Shown here: in pieces, positions 45,148-54,961 of the stretch
Numbering within the stretch: position 1 is the stretch's first letter
How the letters are laid out: every line of letters begins with the position of its first letter
Origin: Candidatus Limnocylindria bacterium
GTDB taxonomy: Bacteria > Chloroflexota > Limnocylindria > QHBO01
Direction of reading: 5' to 3'
NCBI GenBank assembly: GCA_038253355.1
Contig: JBBSHF010000003.1
Location: 1 to 56,975 of the forward strand
Length of the DNA: 56,975 bases
The notes under the pieces: model-generated
What the model saw: the letters and a program-made list of their open reading frames with translations, nothing else
The model's database searches: none
Told to the model about the DNA's origin: nothing
Made by a program: the position numbers and the translations under genes

Positions 45148-45501
45148 TCAGCGGATCGGTTCGAGAAACTCGAGCCGGTTACCGAAGGGATCGGTGCTGT
45201 AGAAGCGGCGCATGCCCGGGAACGCGTCGTCCCAGGTCACCGCGTGATCCAATGCGATCAGACGTTGGGCCCACGCGTCGAGATCGTCAACGAGCAGACC
45301 CGGATGCGCCTTCGTCGCCGGCCGGAAGTCGTCCTCGACGGCGACGTGGATCTCGATCGCGTCGTGCCGAAACCAGCACCCGCCGCGGTCGGCGAGGGCA
45401 GCCGGCTTCGGAACCTCGTCGAATCCGAGGAGGTCGTGCCAGAAGCGGCGCTGCTGCTCCTCGCTTCCGCGTGGCGCGGCGAGCTGGACGTGATGGATCA
45501 C
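45148..45501 (-). CDS. VOC/glyoxalase family protein
   Basis: HHVQLA, GCWF, KAHP and DPFGNRLE. Confidence 0.92.
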   Translation of the reverse strand: MIHHVQLAAPRGSEEQQRRFWHDLLGFDEVPKPAALADRGGCWFRHDAIEIHVAVEDDFRPATKAHPGLLVDDLDAWAQRLIALDHAVTWDDAFPGMRRFYSTDPFGNRLEFLEPIR

Positions 45502-46418
45502 CGCTGCAACAGACGCTCGGCGGCCGTGACCGGGTCGAGCTCGCGCGCAGCAACGGCATCCAGCGTCGCCTCCCAGGCGCCTGCTCCACGCGCTCTGCGC
45601 AGGGCAAGGTCCGCCAGCGCCCGTGCAACTTGGGCGCGCGCCCGATCGCGCGCCTGCTGCGGCGCGCGCGCCACGGACCGATGCTTTTCGATGGCATCGG
45701 CCAGGGCCGCGACGCCGTCGCCGGTGGTGGCGCTGGTGATCAGGATCGGCGCGGGTTTGCGGGCAACGCGACCGCCGGCGCTCGACATCATGGCCCGCAG
45801 CTGGCCTGCGGCGCGCGTGGCGCCCGGCCGGTCGCCCTTGTTGACCGCGATCACGTCGGCCACCTCGAGCAACCCCGCCTTGATGGCCTGCACCTCGTCG
45901 CCCATCTCCGGCACCTCGACCACGACGGTCGTCTCGGCCAGACGCGCGATCTCCACCTCGGACTGGCCGGCCCCAACCGTCTCGACCAGGATCGGGTCGT
46001 AGCCGGCGGCATCCAGCGCCGCGGCGGCTATCCAGGTCGTGGCCGCCAGGCCGCCCAGCTCGCCCCGGGATGCCATCGAGCGCATGAAGACGTCACGGTC
46101 GGCCGCGTGGTCCATCATCCGAATGCGGTCACCCATGATCGCGCCACCGCTGTACGGCGAGGTCGGATCGACCGCCAGGACGCCCACCCGACGCCCTCGC
46201 CGGCGGAACTCGCCGATCAACGCATTGACCAGCGTGGATTTGCCGCTTCCCGGCGGACCGGTGATGCCCACCAGGTGGCCTCCGCGGCCGACGGCGAAGA
46301 GCTGCGGCAGCATCGGTCTCAAATCTGGATCGCCCCGCTCGATGGCCGTCAGCAGGCGGGCCAGGGGCCGTCGCTGGCCGTCCTGCGCGGCCTCGATGAG
46401 CGCCGCGAAATCGGTCAC
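45498..46418 (-). CDS. meaB: Methylmalonyl-CoA mutase-associated GTPase
   Basis: [33 protein letters not shown] and NKGD. Confidence 0.95.
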   Translation of the reverse strand: MTDFAALIEAAQDGQRRPLARLLTAIERGDPDLRPMLPQLFAVGRGGHLVGITGPPGSGKSTLVNALIGEFRRRGRRVGVLAVDPTSPYSGGAIMGDRIRMMDHAADRDVFMRSMASRGELGGLAATTWIAAAALDAAGYDPILVETVGAGQSEVEIARLAETTVVVEVPEMGDEVQAIKAGLLEVADVIAVNKGDRPGATRAAGQLRAMMSSAGGRVARKPAPILITSATTGDGVAALADAIEKHRSVARAPQQARDRARAQVARALADLALRRARGAGAWEATLDAVAARELDPVTAAERLLQR

Positions 46419-46819
46419 GCGCGGCTGCGCGCGTGCTCTCGAAAGTAGCGCGCGATCTGCCCGATGCTGGTGCCCGGACCGAAGACCTCGGCGATGCCCG
46501 CCTCCTTGAGCTTCACGATGTCGGCGTCGGGGATGATCCCGCCGGCCGCGACCAGCACGTCGTCCATCCCCCGCTCATGCACCAGCTCGACGATCCTCGG
46601 CAGCAGGGCCATGTGCGCGCCAGAGAGGATCGACAGACCGATGACGTCGACGTCCTCCTGCTCGGCCGCATCGGCCACCATCTCGGGCGTCTGGCGAAGC
46701 CCCGTGTAGATCACCTCGAAGCCCTCGTCGCGCAGGCCGCGGGCAAGCACCTTGGCACCACGATCATGGCCGTCGAGGCCGGGCTTGGCGATGAGAACGC
46801 GGATTGGCGTGTCAGGCAT
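46415..46819 (-). CDS. Cobalamin-binding subunit of an acyl-CoA mutase
   Basis: [17 protein letters not shown] and GGIIP. Confidence 0.95.
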   Translation of the reverse strand: MPDTPIRVLIAKPGLDGHDRGAKVLARGLRDEGFEVIYTGLRQTPEMVADAAEQEDVDVIGLSILSGAHMALLPRIVELVHERGMDDVLVAAGGIIPDADIVKLKEAGIAEVFGPGTSIGQIARYFREHARSRA

Positions 46820-46846
46820 TCGCGCCGATTCTACGCACCCCCGACG

Positions 46847-47152
46847 TCAGTGATGTGGTGCGCCCACCAATCGATCGATCTCGCCCGCGAGCTCGACGTC
46901 GCGCCGCGTGATCGCCTCGGCCGCGTGCGTCGACAGCGTGAACGTCACGTGCCGGTAGCCGTGGATCAGGATGTCCGGATGGTGGTTCGCCGTCTCGGCG
47001 GCATCGGCCACCCGGTTCACGAGCGCCACCGCCGCCCGAAAGTCGGCCAGGTCGACGGTGCGCGTGATCGTGGCGCCGTCGCGCGTCCAGTCGGGCAGAT
47101 TGGTGAGCGCCTCGTCCAGCTCGGCATCGGTCAATGGGGTGGCATACGGCAT
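46847..47152 (-). CDS. Pterin-4a-carbinolamine dehydratase
   Basis: NHHPD, STH and ITRRD. Confidence 0.93.
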   Translation of the reverse strand: MPYATPLTDAELDEALTNLPDWTRDGATITRTVDLADFRAAVALVNRVADAAETANHHPDILIHGYRHVTFTLSTHAAEAITRRDVELAGEIDRLVGAPHH

Positions 47153-47250
47153 GACCTTGATTGTAGGCCCGGGCATGTGTGGCTCACATGGCGCCATTGG
47201 TGGTCTGAATCGGGAAGAGCGGCCCGGCGCGGCCATCCCGAACCGATGGA

Positions 47251-47511
47251 TTATCGAGCGGCCCGACCATACGAGAACGGCTTGACGGTCTGCCCCGCGG
47301 CCGAATCCGCGATGAGCGCGGCGATCCGCCTGCTGTCGATCCAGCCGCGGCAGAGCGCCTCCTCGACCGCCTGCTCCCACCGCAGCGGTACGTCTCGCCC
47401 AGGCCTCAGCTTCCAGAGGCCGACCCATAGCTCGCGCTCACGCTCACCATGCTCGTCGAGCCAGGCGCCGAACGCGTCGGGCGATTCGAAGAAGATGGGC
47501 TCCGCAGACAT
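47251..47511 (-). pseudogene. YdeI/OmpD-associated family gene with large internal deletion
   Basis: FFES...F..WL...EEALC.GWIDS joined directly to C-terminal-like RRIAALIADSAAG. Only 86 aa. Confidence 0.7.
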
Positions 47512-47517
47512 CGGTCC

Positions 47518-48093
47518 TTACGAGGACGGACGGCCGATGAGGGTCAGGAATTCGGTGCGCGTCTTCTCGTCTCCGCGGAAGCGGCCGAGCATGGACGAGG
47601 TGACCATCCGTGCCTGCGCCTTCTTCACGCCGCGCATCATCGTGCACAGGTGCGCGGCCTCGACGACGCAGCCAACGCCCTTGGCATCGAGCCGCTCCAT
47701 CAGAAAGCCGGCGATCTGCTGGGTCATGCGCTCCTGGACCTGCAGCCGATGCGCGAACATGTCGACCACCCGCGGGATCTTCGACAGACCGATGACCCGG
47801 CCGCGCGGCAGGTAGCCGATGTGCGCGTGACCGTAGAACGGGAGCAGGTGGTGCTCGCACAGCGAGAAGAACTCGACATCGCGCACGACCACCATCTCGT
47901 CGTAGTCGACCTTGAAGCAGGCGCCGTTGATGAGCGCGTCCGGATCGGCCCCATAGCCCGATGTGAGCTCCGCGTACATGCGCCGCACGCGCTCCGGCGT
48001 GCCGACCAATCCGTCCCGCGCCGGATCCTCGCCGATCTCGACGAGCAGCGTGCGCACCGCCTCATCGAGCTGCGCGCCACCCTGATCGTCCAT
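47518..48093 (-). CDS. folE: GTP cyclohydrolase I
   Basis: CEHHLLPF, GLSK.PR, QVQER and HLC..MRG. Confidence 0.97.
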   Translation of the reverse strand: MDDQGGAQLDEAVRTLLVEIGEDPARDGLVGTPERVRRMYAELTSGYGADPDALINGACFKVDYDEMVVVRDVEFFSLCEHHLLPFYGHAHIGYLPRGRVIGLSKIPRVVDMFAHRLQVQERMTQQIAGFLMERLDAKGVGCVVEAAHLCTMMRGVKKAQARMVTSSMLGRFRGDEKTRTEFLTLIGRPSS

Positions 48094-48194
48094 GGCAGGC
48101 ATCCTAGCAGGCGTGCCACTAGGCGCCCGCTCGGCCAGTCGCTAGACTCAGGTGAGCGGATCCGCCCGTTTCACCAAAGGACCCTCGTCGACTC

Positions 48195-48761
48195 ATGCTC
48201 ATCCACCAGCCAAGCTCGCGGATGCATCGCATCGGCCTGTCGAGCCTCATCGGCGATCGGCTGGCGGACGGTCTCGCCCGCGACCTCGATGACGGCTACC
48301 ACTACCTGCGTCGCGTGACGCTGGGCGGCAGCGATCCGATCGACGCCGTGCTGGTCGGTCCCGGCGGAACGTGGGCCATCACGCTCGCCCATGCCACTGG
48401 CCGCTTCATGAAGCGCAACGGCCATTGGTACCGCTGGAATTCGTCGACCGAATCGTGGGTGCCATGGTCCGCCGAGACGATCACCGTGGCACGCCTCTGC
48501 GGGCATCGGCTCCAGCTGCAGCTGGATCGCGCCGGCCTTGCCGCGGGCGTGAGCCCGGTGCTCTTCGCCAGTCGCGACATGCTCATCGAGTGGGAACGCG
48601 GCGAACGCCCCGGAATCCACGTCGCCGACGATCCGCAGCACCTGGCCGCGCGCGTCGTCCGCGACGAGCTGCTCACTCCGGCGCAGGTGGATCGGATCGT
48701 GGCGCTCCTCGATCCGCGACAGCCCCTCCCCCGCCTGGCGACCGCGACGCCTCGCGGCTGA
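48195..48761 (+). CDS. NERD-like domain protein (catalytic ExK absent)
   Basis: IDAVLVGPGG.WAI matches NERD, but ITLAH replaces IE.K. Confidence 0.65.
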   Translation: MLIHQPSSRMHRIGLSSLIGDRLADGLARDLDDGYHYLRRVTLGGSDPIDAVLVGPGGTWAITLAHATGRFMKRNGHWYRWNSSTESWVPWSAETITVARLCGHRLQLQLDRAGLAAGVSPVLFASRDMLIEWERGERPGIHVADDPQHLAARVVRDELLTPAQVDRIVALLDPRQPLPRLATATPRG

Positions 48762-49401
48762 ACTGCCCGGCGGATTGCGCCCGGGTGGCGCCGACGAAGA
48801 GCAGCACCACCATGCCGCCAGCCAGCCAGCCCCCCAGCACGTCGCTGGGATAATGCACGCCCAGGTACACCCGCGAGATGCCCACCAGGCCGATCACCAG
48901 CGCCAGGATGGCGACCACCAGCCATCGGACCCAGCTCGGCAGACGGCTACGCAGGATGAGCACCGCGATGATCCCGTACGCCACCATCGAGAGCGCGGAA
49001 TGGCCTGACGGAAAGCTGTAGCCACGCTCGATCTCGATGGGGGGCAGCAGGTCGGGCCGCACGCGGTGCACCAGCTCCTTGACCAGCCCGTTGCCCAGCG
49101 ACGCCAGACCGATGGTCGCCGCAGCGGCAACACCCAGCCACGGGCGGCGGGCGACGACCTCCATCGCCAGCACCGCGAGCGAGACACCGGTGATCCACAC
49201 GGTCGAGCCGAGATTCGTCACCTGCGTCAGTGGCGAGAGTGGCGTCACCAACCCGGGGCTGCGCACGGCGTCGATGATCGCCACATCGAGGGACCGCGTC
49301 GCACCGGCCTCGATCAGCATGGCCAGCACCACGACCGAGAGCAGGCACAGGCCGGCCAGGAGCAGCATGACGGGCGGGCTCGCCCAGGGGCTCCGGCGCA
49401 T
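48673..49401 (-). CDS. PAP2-family membrane phosphatase
   Basis: K......RP, FPSGH and SRVYLGVHYPSD. Confidence 0.95.
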   Translation of the reverse strand: MRRSPWASPPVMLLLAGLCLLSVVVLAMLIEAGATRSLDVAIIDAVRSPGLVTPLSPLTQVTNLGSTVWITGVSLAVLAMEVVARRPWLGVAAAATIGLASLGNGLVKELVHRVRPDLLPPIEIERGYSFPSGHSALSMVAYGIIAVLILRSRLPSWVRWLVVAILALVIGLVGISRVYLGVHYPSDVLGGWLAGGMVVLLFVGATRAQSAGQFSREASRSPGGGGAVADRGAPRSDPPAPE

Positions 49402-49450
49402 GGCTGGCCAGTCTACTCCGGCCGCCTTGCCGGCTCCCTATGATGCGCAG

Positions 49451-50614
49451 ATGGACAGAGGCGCAGCCGGCGGCGCGGTCGTCGAGCTCGACCACATCAC
49501 CAAGCGCTACGGCCCCGGCTCAAGCGAGCCGGCGGTCAACGATCTCTCGCTGAAGATTCCGGCCGGCGAGATCTGCGTCCTGGTCGGTCCGTCCGGCTGT
49601 GGCAAGACGACCACCATGAAGATGATCAACCGCCTGGTGGAGCCAACCAGCGGGCGCGTGCTGATCGATGGCGAAGACGCCGCGCGGCTGCCGGCCGTTG
49701 AGCTGCGGCGCAGGATCGGCTACGTCATCCAGCAGGTCGGCCTCTTTCCGCACCTGACCGTCGCCGAGAACGTGGCCGTCGTTCCGCGGCTGCTGAAATG
49801 GCGCGAGGCGCGCATCGTCGAACGGAGCGACGAGCTGCTCGACCTGGTCGGCCTCGACCCGGCGGGCTACCGCGCCCGCTACCCGGCGGAGCTGTCGGGC
49901 GGCGAGCGCCAGCGCGTCGGCGTGGCACGCGCGCTGGCGGCCGATCCGCCGGTGATGCTCATGGACGAGCCGTTCGGCGCGGTCGATCCGATCCGCCGCG
50001 ATCGGCTGCAGAACGAGTTCCTGCGGCTGCAGGCCCGCGTCCGCAAGACGATCGTGTTCGTCACCCACGACGTGGACGAGGCGATCAAGATGGCCGACCG
50101 CGTCGCGATCCTGCAACGCGGCGGGATCCTGGCCCAGTACGACACCCCCGACGCCATCCTGGCCGCGCCTGCCAGCGACTTCGTCGAGCGTTTCGTCGGG
50201 GCCGACCGGGGGCTCAAGCGGCTGTCGCTGGGTCGCGTGCGCGACGTGACCCTCCTCGAGCCGGTGCTCGTCCATCCGGGCGACGCCCAGCCCGAGATCC
50301 GCCGCCGCCTGGCGGGCGCCGAGGTCGACTACGCCCTGCTGGTGGACGCGCGCGACCGGCCGCTCGGCTGGATCGACGAGGGCCAGCTCGCCGGCGATGG
50401 TCCGCTGCCGAAGGGGCTGGCCACCCCCGGCGCGCCACTCCTCGAGCCGGAGTCGACCCTCCGTGACGCACTCTCGGCGATGCTCGGCTCGAGTGTGCAG
50501 CTGGGCGCCGTGGTCGACGAGCACGAGCGCGTGATGGGCGTCATCAGCGTCGACCAGATCTCGGAGATCCTGCGCCGGCCAACGGCGGGACACGCGACGG
50601 CCGATGCCTCCTGA
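49451..50614 (+). CDS. Osmoprotectant ABC transporter ATPase with CBS domains (OpuCA/ProV-like)
   Basis: GPSGCGKT, LSGGERQR, MDEPFGA and VTHD. Confidence 0.94.
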   Translation: MDRGAAGGAVVELDHITKRYGPGSSEPAVNDLSLKIPAGEICVLVGPSGCGKTTTMKMINRLVEPTSGRVLIDGEDAARLPAVELRRRIGYVIQQVGLFPHLTVAENVAVVPRLLKWREARIVERSDELLDLVGLDPAGYRARYPAELSGGERQRVGVARALAADPPVMLMDEPFGAVDPIRRDRLQNEFLRLQARVRKTIVFVTHDVDEAIKMADRVAILQRGGILAQYDTPDAILAAPASDFVERFVGADRGLKRLSLGRVRDVTLLEPVLVHPGDAQPEIRRRLAGAEVDYALLVDARDRPLGWIDEGQLAGDGPLPKGLATPGAPLLEPESTLRDALSAMLGSSVQLGAVVDEHERVMGVISVDQISEILRRPTAGHATADAS

Positions 50615-51263
50615 CGAGCCGCTCATCCGCTTCGACTGGATCGCCGACAACCTCGACGTGATCGGGCAGCGACTGGGCGAGCACCTGGTGATGACCGCCA
50701 TTGCGGTACTTGGCGGCTTCGTCATCTCGTTCGGGCTCGCGCTGCTGATTCGACGGTACCAACGCGTCTACGGCCCGGTGCTGGCCATCTCGGGCGTGCT
50801 CTACACGGTCCCCAGCCTGGCCCTCTTTGCCCTGCTCATTCCGTTCACCGGCCTCTCGCTGCTGTCGGCGGAGGTTGCCCTGGTGAGCTACACCGTCCTG
50901 ATCCTGGTGCGGAACATCGTCGCCGGACTGGAATCGGTCCCCGCCGAGGTCACCGAAGCGGCAACCGGCATGGGCTACACCTCGTGGCAGCGGCTATGGC
51001 GCATCGATCTGCCGCTCGCGGCGCCGATCATCGTGGCGGGACTGCGCATCGCCACGGTGACCACCATCGGCCTGGTGACGGTGACCTCGCTAATCGGCCA
51101 GGGCGGCCTCGGCTACTTCATCGTGGTGGTCGGCATTCGGCAGTTCTTCCCGACGGCCATTTACGTCGGCGCGCTGCTCTCGATCGCCCTGGCCCTGGTC
51201 GCCGACCTCGCACTGGTGGCGCTGCAGGCCAGCCTGACGCCGTGGACCAGGGCGCGAGCCTAG
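50604..51263 (+). CDS. Osmoprotectant ABC transporter permease
   Basis: YTVPSLA and EAA.GMG loop. Confidence 0.93.
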   Translation: MPPDEPLIRFDWIADNLDVIGQRLGEHLVMTAIAVLGGFVISFGLALLIRRYQRVYGPVLAISGVLYTVPSLALFALLIPFTGLSLLSAEVALVSYTVLILVRNIVAGLESVPAEVTEAATGMGYTSWQRLWRIDLPLAAPIIVAGLRIATVTTIGLVTVTSLIGQGGLGYFIVVVGIRQFFPTAIYVGALLSIALALVADLALVALQASLTPWTRARA

Positions 51264-51268
51264 GACCG

Positions 51269-52000
51269 ATGCAGTTCCTCGCCGAAGCGCTCGCCTGGTT
51301 CACCGATCCCACGCACTGGAGCGGCGCGGGTGGCATTCCCGCCCGCATCGGCGAGCACCTGACGCTGGCCGGCGCGCCACTCGTGGTGGCGCTGCTGGCC
51401 GCCCTGCCGATCGGGCTGTACATCGGTCATAGCGGACGGGGCGCGCTCCTGGCGGTCTCGATCGGCAACATCGGTCGCGCGCTTCCCTCGCTCGGCATCC
51501 TGGGCATGATCCTGCCGCTGACCCTGCCGCTCACCGCGCACACCGATATCCCGCTGGGTGTGCCCCCGACGCTGATCGCGCTGTTCGCGCTCGCCGTGCC
51601 GCCCATGATCACCAACACCTACGCGGGGCTGCGCGAAGTCGATCGCGACCTGGTCGAGGCGGCGCGCGGCATGGGCATGCGCGAGATGCAGGTGCTGCGT
51701 CGCGTGGAGCTGCCGCTCGCGCTGCCGGTCATCCTGGCCGGGGTGCGCACCTCGGCCGTGCAGGTGATCGCCACCACGACGCTCGGCGCGGTGCTCGGCA
51801 CCGGCGGCCTGGGCCGCTACATTCTCGACGGGATCAGCCAGCACGACGACGGTCAACTGATCGTGGGCGCGGTGCTGGTGGCGCTGCTGGCCATCGCCAC
51901 CGAGCTGGCCTTCGCCGGCATCCAGCGCGCATCGGTGTCAGCCGGCCTGCGCACGTCGCGCCGGGAGCAGGCCTTCGAGCTCGCCGGGCAGGCGCCCTGA
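51269..52000 (+). CDS. Osmoprotectant ABC transporter permease
   Basis: RALPSL, EAARGMG and GGLG. Confidence 0.93.
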   Translation: MQFLAEALAWFTDPTHWSGAGGIPARIGEHLTLAGAPLVVALLAALPIGLYIGHSGRGALLAVSIGNIGRALPSLGILGMILPLTLPLTAHTDIPLGVPPTLIALFALAVPPMITNTYAGLREVDRDLVEAARGMGMREMQVLRRVELPLALPVILAGVRTSAVQVIATTTLGAVLGTGGLGRYILDGISQHDDGQLIVGAVLVALLAIATELAFAGIQRASVSAGLRTSRREQAFELAGQAP

Positions 52001-52125
52001 CCACGGGCCTGAACCTCGCCGCTTCATTGGACCTACATGCTATGGCTGATTAGACTCGCGCTGTGCGCCGCGACCGCGGCGTTACACACCATCGGACAAC
52101 GCAGCATCGGATAAGGAGGACCCAC

Positions 52126-53061
52126 ATGCGGATAGGCCGCAAGCTCGCCCTCGGGGCGTCGCTGCTCGCGCTGCTGGTCAGCGCCTGCACGACGGGTGGG
52201 GGCAGCAGCACATCGCCAACCGGCGGCTCGCCGGCAGCGTCGAAGCCGAAGATCATCGTCGGCTCGGCGGACTTCTACGAGTCGGCGCTCGTCGCCGAGA
52301 TGTACGCCCAGGCCCTCGAAGCGAAGGGCTACACCGTCGAGCGCAAGCTGAACGTAGGCGCCCGACAGGCAACCAACGCCGCGCTCAAGTCAGGTGACAT
52401 CAACCTCATGCCGGAATACATCGGCAGCGAGGCCCGCGAGCTGAAGGCGACGGCCACCGGCGACCCGGCTGCCACCGCCACCAACCTCAAGACGGCACTC
52501 CAGCCGCTGGGGCTGACCGTGCTCGATATCGCTCCCGGACAGGACCAGAACGGTTTCGTCGTCCGCCAGGAGACCGCCGACACGTACACCCTCAAGACGG
52601 TCAGCGATCTCGCCAAGGTCGCCGACAAGGTGAAGTGGGGCCTGCCCGGTGAGTGCTCGACCAACCCGTCATGTGGGCCGGCGCTGAACACGGCCTACGG
52701 GATCGACATCAGCAAGCTGCGGGTCACCAAGCTCGACGCCTGCAGCGCCGCCATGGCCACGGCGCTGAGCAGCAGCAACATCGATGTGGCCGAGCTGTGT
52801 ACCACGCAGCCTGATATCGAGAAGTTCAACCTGGTGCTGCTCGACGACGACAAGCAGTCGCAGGCGGCCGACAACATGGCGCCCGTGGTCAGGCAGGATC
52901 TGCTCGACAAGGCGCCGGCCGACTTCGCGGCCACGCTGAACGCCATCTCGGCCAAGCTGACCACCGAGGTGCTGACCAAGCTCGGGGTCAAGGTGGCGGT
53001 CGACCATCAGAAGCCGGAGGACGTCGCGAAGCAGTTTCTGACCGACAGCGGGCTCTCGTAG
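52126..53061 (+). CDS. Glycine betaine/choline-type ABC substrate-binding lipoprotein
   Basis: SD AAGGAGG, lipobox VSAC, VGSADF.ES and PEY.GS. Confidence 0.92.
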   Translation: MRIGRKLALGASLLALLVSACTTGGGSSTSPTGGSPAASKPKIIVGSADFYESALVAEMYAQALEAKGYTVERKLNVGARQATNAALKSGDINLMPEYIGSEARELKATATGDPAATATNLKTALQPLGLTVLDIAPGQDQNGFVVRQETADTYTLKTVSDLAKVADKVKWGLPGECSTNPSCGPALNTAYGIDISKLRVTKLDACSAAMATALSSSNIDVAELCTTQPDIEKFNLVLLDDDKQSQAADNMAPVVRQDLLDKAPADFAATLNAISAKLTTEVLTKLGVKVAVDHQKPEDVAKQFLTDSGLS

Positions 53062-53134
53062 GTCCGTTCTCCCTGAGCTGGACCGATGGGGCGGTCGACC
53101 CGCGGGGTCACCGCCCCTTATCCTTGCCCCGCCG

Positions 53135-53767
53135 ATGTACACCTCTGATCACCTGGAGCTCGCCGATTACCGGCGCCGCGTCTTCGCGCTGTACGACGCA
53201 CTGCGCCGTGATGGTCGCGCCGAGGCATTGCGCCTGGTGACCTTTCGGAGCCACAAGGACCGGCTCGTCGCCGAGCACGCGCAGTCGCCGATTCCGCTCG
53301 ACCAGCGGCGCGATTTCCGTGGCCTGGCGTACTGGCGCCACGATCCGGTTCTCCGCTTCTGGGCGCCGCTCGAGCACGATCCGCAGGCGGCCCCGCTCGA
53401 CCTGCCGCGTTCCGGCGAAGGCCCAGCCATGCCCTTCTCGCGCATCGGCTGGGTGAGCTTCCTGGTCGGTGGCACGGTGTGCCGCCTGGCGGTCTACTGG
53501 CTGAACGACTATGCGGGCGGCATCTTCATTCCGTTCCGCGACGCGACCAGCGGCAGCGCGACCTACGGCGGCGGGCGCTACCTTTGGGACTCGGCCAAGG
53601 GCGCGGACCTCGGCGCCTCGGGCGATCGCCTGACGCTCGACTTCAACTACGCCTATCACCCGTCGTGCACCTACGACCCGCGCTGGAGCTGCCCGCTGGC
53701 GCCGCAGGAGAACTGGCTGGCGCCGCCCATCGAGGCAGGCGAGCGGCTCGGGAGAGCGGACGAATGA
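53135..53767 (+). CDS. DUF1684 family protein
   Basis: PFRDATSG..TYGGGRYL, LDFNYAY.P.C.Y...WSCPL.P..N. Confidence 0.9.
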   Translation: MYTSDHLELADYRRRVFALYDALRRDGRAEALRLVTFRSHKDRLVAEHAQSPIPLDQRRDFRGLAYWRHDPVLRFWAPLEHDPQAAPLDLPRSGEGPAMPFSRIGWVSFLVGGTVCRLAVYWLNDYAGGIFIPFRDATSGSATYGGGRYLWDSAKGADLGASGDRLTLDFNYAYHPSCTYDPRWSCPLAPQENWLAPPIEAGERLGRADE

Positions 53768-54210
53768 CCGGCGCGCCCCGCCACTGCATCAAGTGCGGCC
53801 GCGAGGTCGGACCCGACGAGACGATCTGCGAGATCTGCAACCGCGCCGGGATGGCGACGCCGTCGGCGAGCCAGTACCACGGCACCATGGTCGTGGCGAT
53901 CGTGCTCGGCGTGATCCTGCTGGCGGTGGCCGGTAGCCTGGCGCTGCGCGGCGTGGGGCCGTACAGCGCGCAGGTCGTCGCCGTCGCGCCCGCGGCCGCC
54001 GATACGGCGATCACCATTTCGGTCGCCAACCAGGGGACCAAGGCGGGCCGCGCCAAGTGCCAGCTCGTGGCGAACGACAGCCAGGGCCGCTCGTTGCAGA
54101 GCATCTCGGTGGTCTCGCCGATTGTGCCCGGCGGGCAGCGCATTACCTTCGACGAGCACATGCCGGGCCTCGCCGCCCGGCCGCACAGCGTCAGCGTCGC
54201 CTGCCAGTAA
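53764..54210 (+). CDS. Zinc-ribbon / TM / Ig-like hypothetical protein
   Basis: CIKC...CEIC, then TM, then V.NQG...C. ATGA-coupled. Confidence 0.75.
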   Translation: MTGAPRHCIKCGREVGPDETICEICNRAGMATPSASQYHGTMVVAIVLGVILLAVAGSLALRGVGPYSAQVVAVAPAAADTAITISVANQGTKAGRAKCQLVANDSQGRSLQSISVVSPIVPGGQRITFDEHMPGLAARPHSVSVACQ

Positions 54211-54219
54211 GCCGCCCGC

Positions 54220-54801
54220 CTACTCGAGCAGCAGACGCACCGTGATGATGCCGCGCGAGCGCGGCGTGTCACTGACCGCGGACCAGGCCGCGTCGGTCAG
54301 GTCAACCACCCGCTGATCGAGCGTTCCCCAGTAGCACTGGCACCAATCGGCGACCGGCAGTCGTGCGCATCGGTCGGCGCAGACCGTGACATAGCCGTTG
54401 ATCGAACCGGTATACCGCCCGCCGAACGCGCTCGGCAGCGCGACGACCGGTTGGCCGACGAACCCGGCCGTTCCAGCGTAATTGCTCGCCAAACCGGTCG
54501 CCATCGGCGTGGCCGACGCCGGCGCGGATCGAGGCATTGACGTGGGGACGGTGCCGGCGGCCCCAGGCGGTTGATCTGGCGCGGTCAGTGGCTGTGTCGC
54601 GGACAGCAACCCCCGCTGCCGCACGCTGTCACGGGTCGACACGCCGCTGCGACTCGAGAGGACCTGCTGCTCCCCCGCCTGGGCGAGCAGATGACGTTGT
54701 GTGGGGTGCGTTGTGGGTGCCGCCGACACGCCGGCGGATGCCACGACCATGAGAGCCGCAGCGACGAACAGGGCGGCCAGCGCCCCGATGGAATATTTCA
54801 A
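54220..54801 (-). CDS. Secreted protein with RlpA-like double-psi beta-barrel C-terminus
   Basis: Signal peptide and Pro/Thr linker, then GLASNY...VTVC...V.DWC.C...RVVDLT..AW...GII.V. Confidence 0.7.
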   Translation of the reverse strand: MKYSIGALAALFVAAALMVVASAGVSAAPTTHPTQRHLLAQAGEQQVLSSRSGVSTRDSVRQRGLLSATQPLTAPDQPPGAAGTVPTSMPRSAPASATPMATGLASNYAGTAGFVGQPVVALPSAFGGRYTGSINGYVTVCADRCARLPVADWCQCYWGTLDQRVVDLTDAAWSAVSDTPRSRGIITVRLLLE

Positions 54802-54886
54802 TTCGGTTGTCTCCGTGGGGGTTCATCGGGAGGCCGCGAGCGTCGCCATTGAAGGCGGATGGCCACCCGGAATTGCCGTGGAAGGC

Positions 54887-54901
54887 GCAACAAGCGTGCC
54901 A
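54887..54901 (-). promoter_or_regulatory. sigma54 -24/-12 promoter
   Basis: TGGCACGCTTGTTGC matches the TGGCACG-N4-TTGC consensus, intergenic and ~85 nt upstream of the TTG start at 54801. Confidence 0.75.
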
Positions 54902-54961
54902 TCTGCCGCTCGCGAGGTCAAACGCAGCCACCGCGAATCGGGGTGGCGCTATCCTCCGCGC

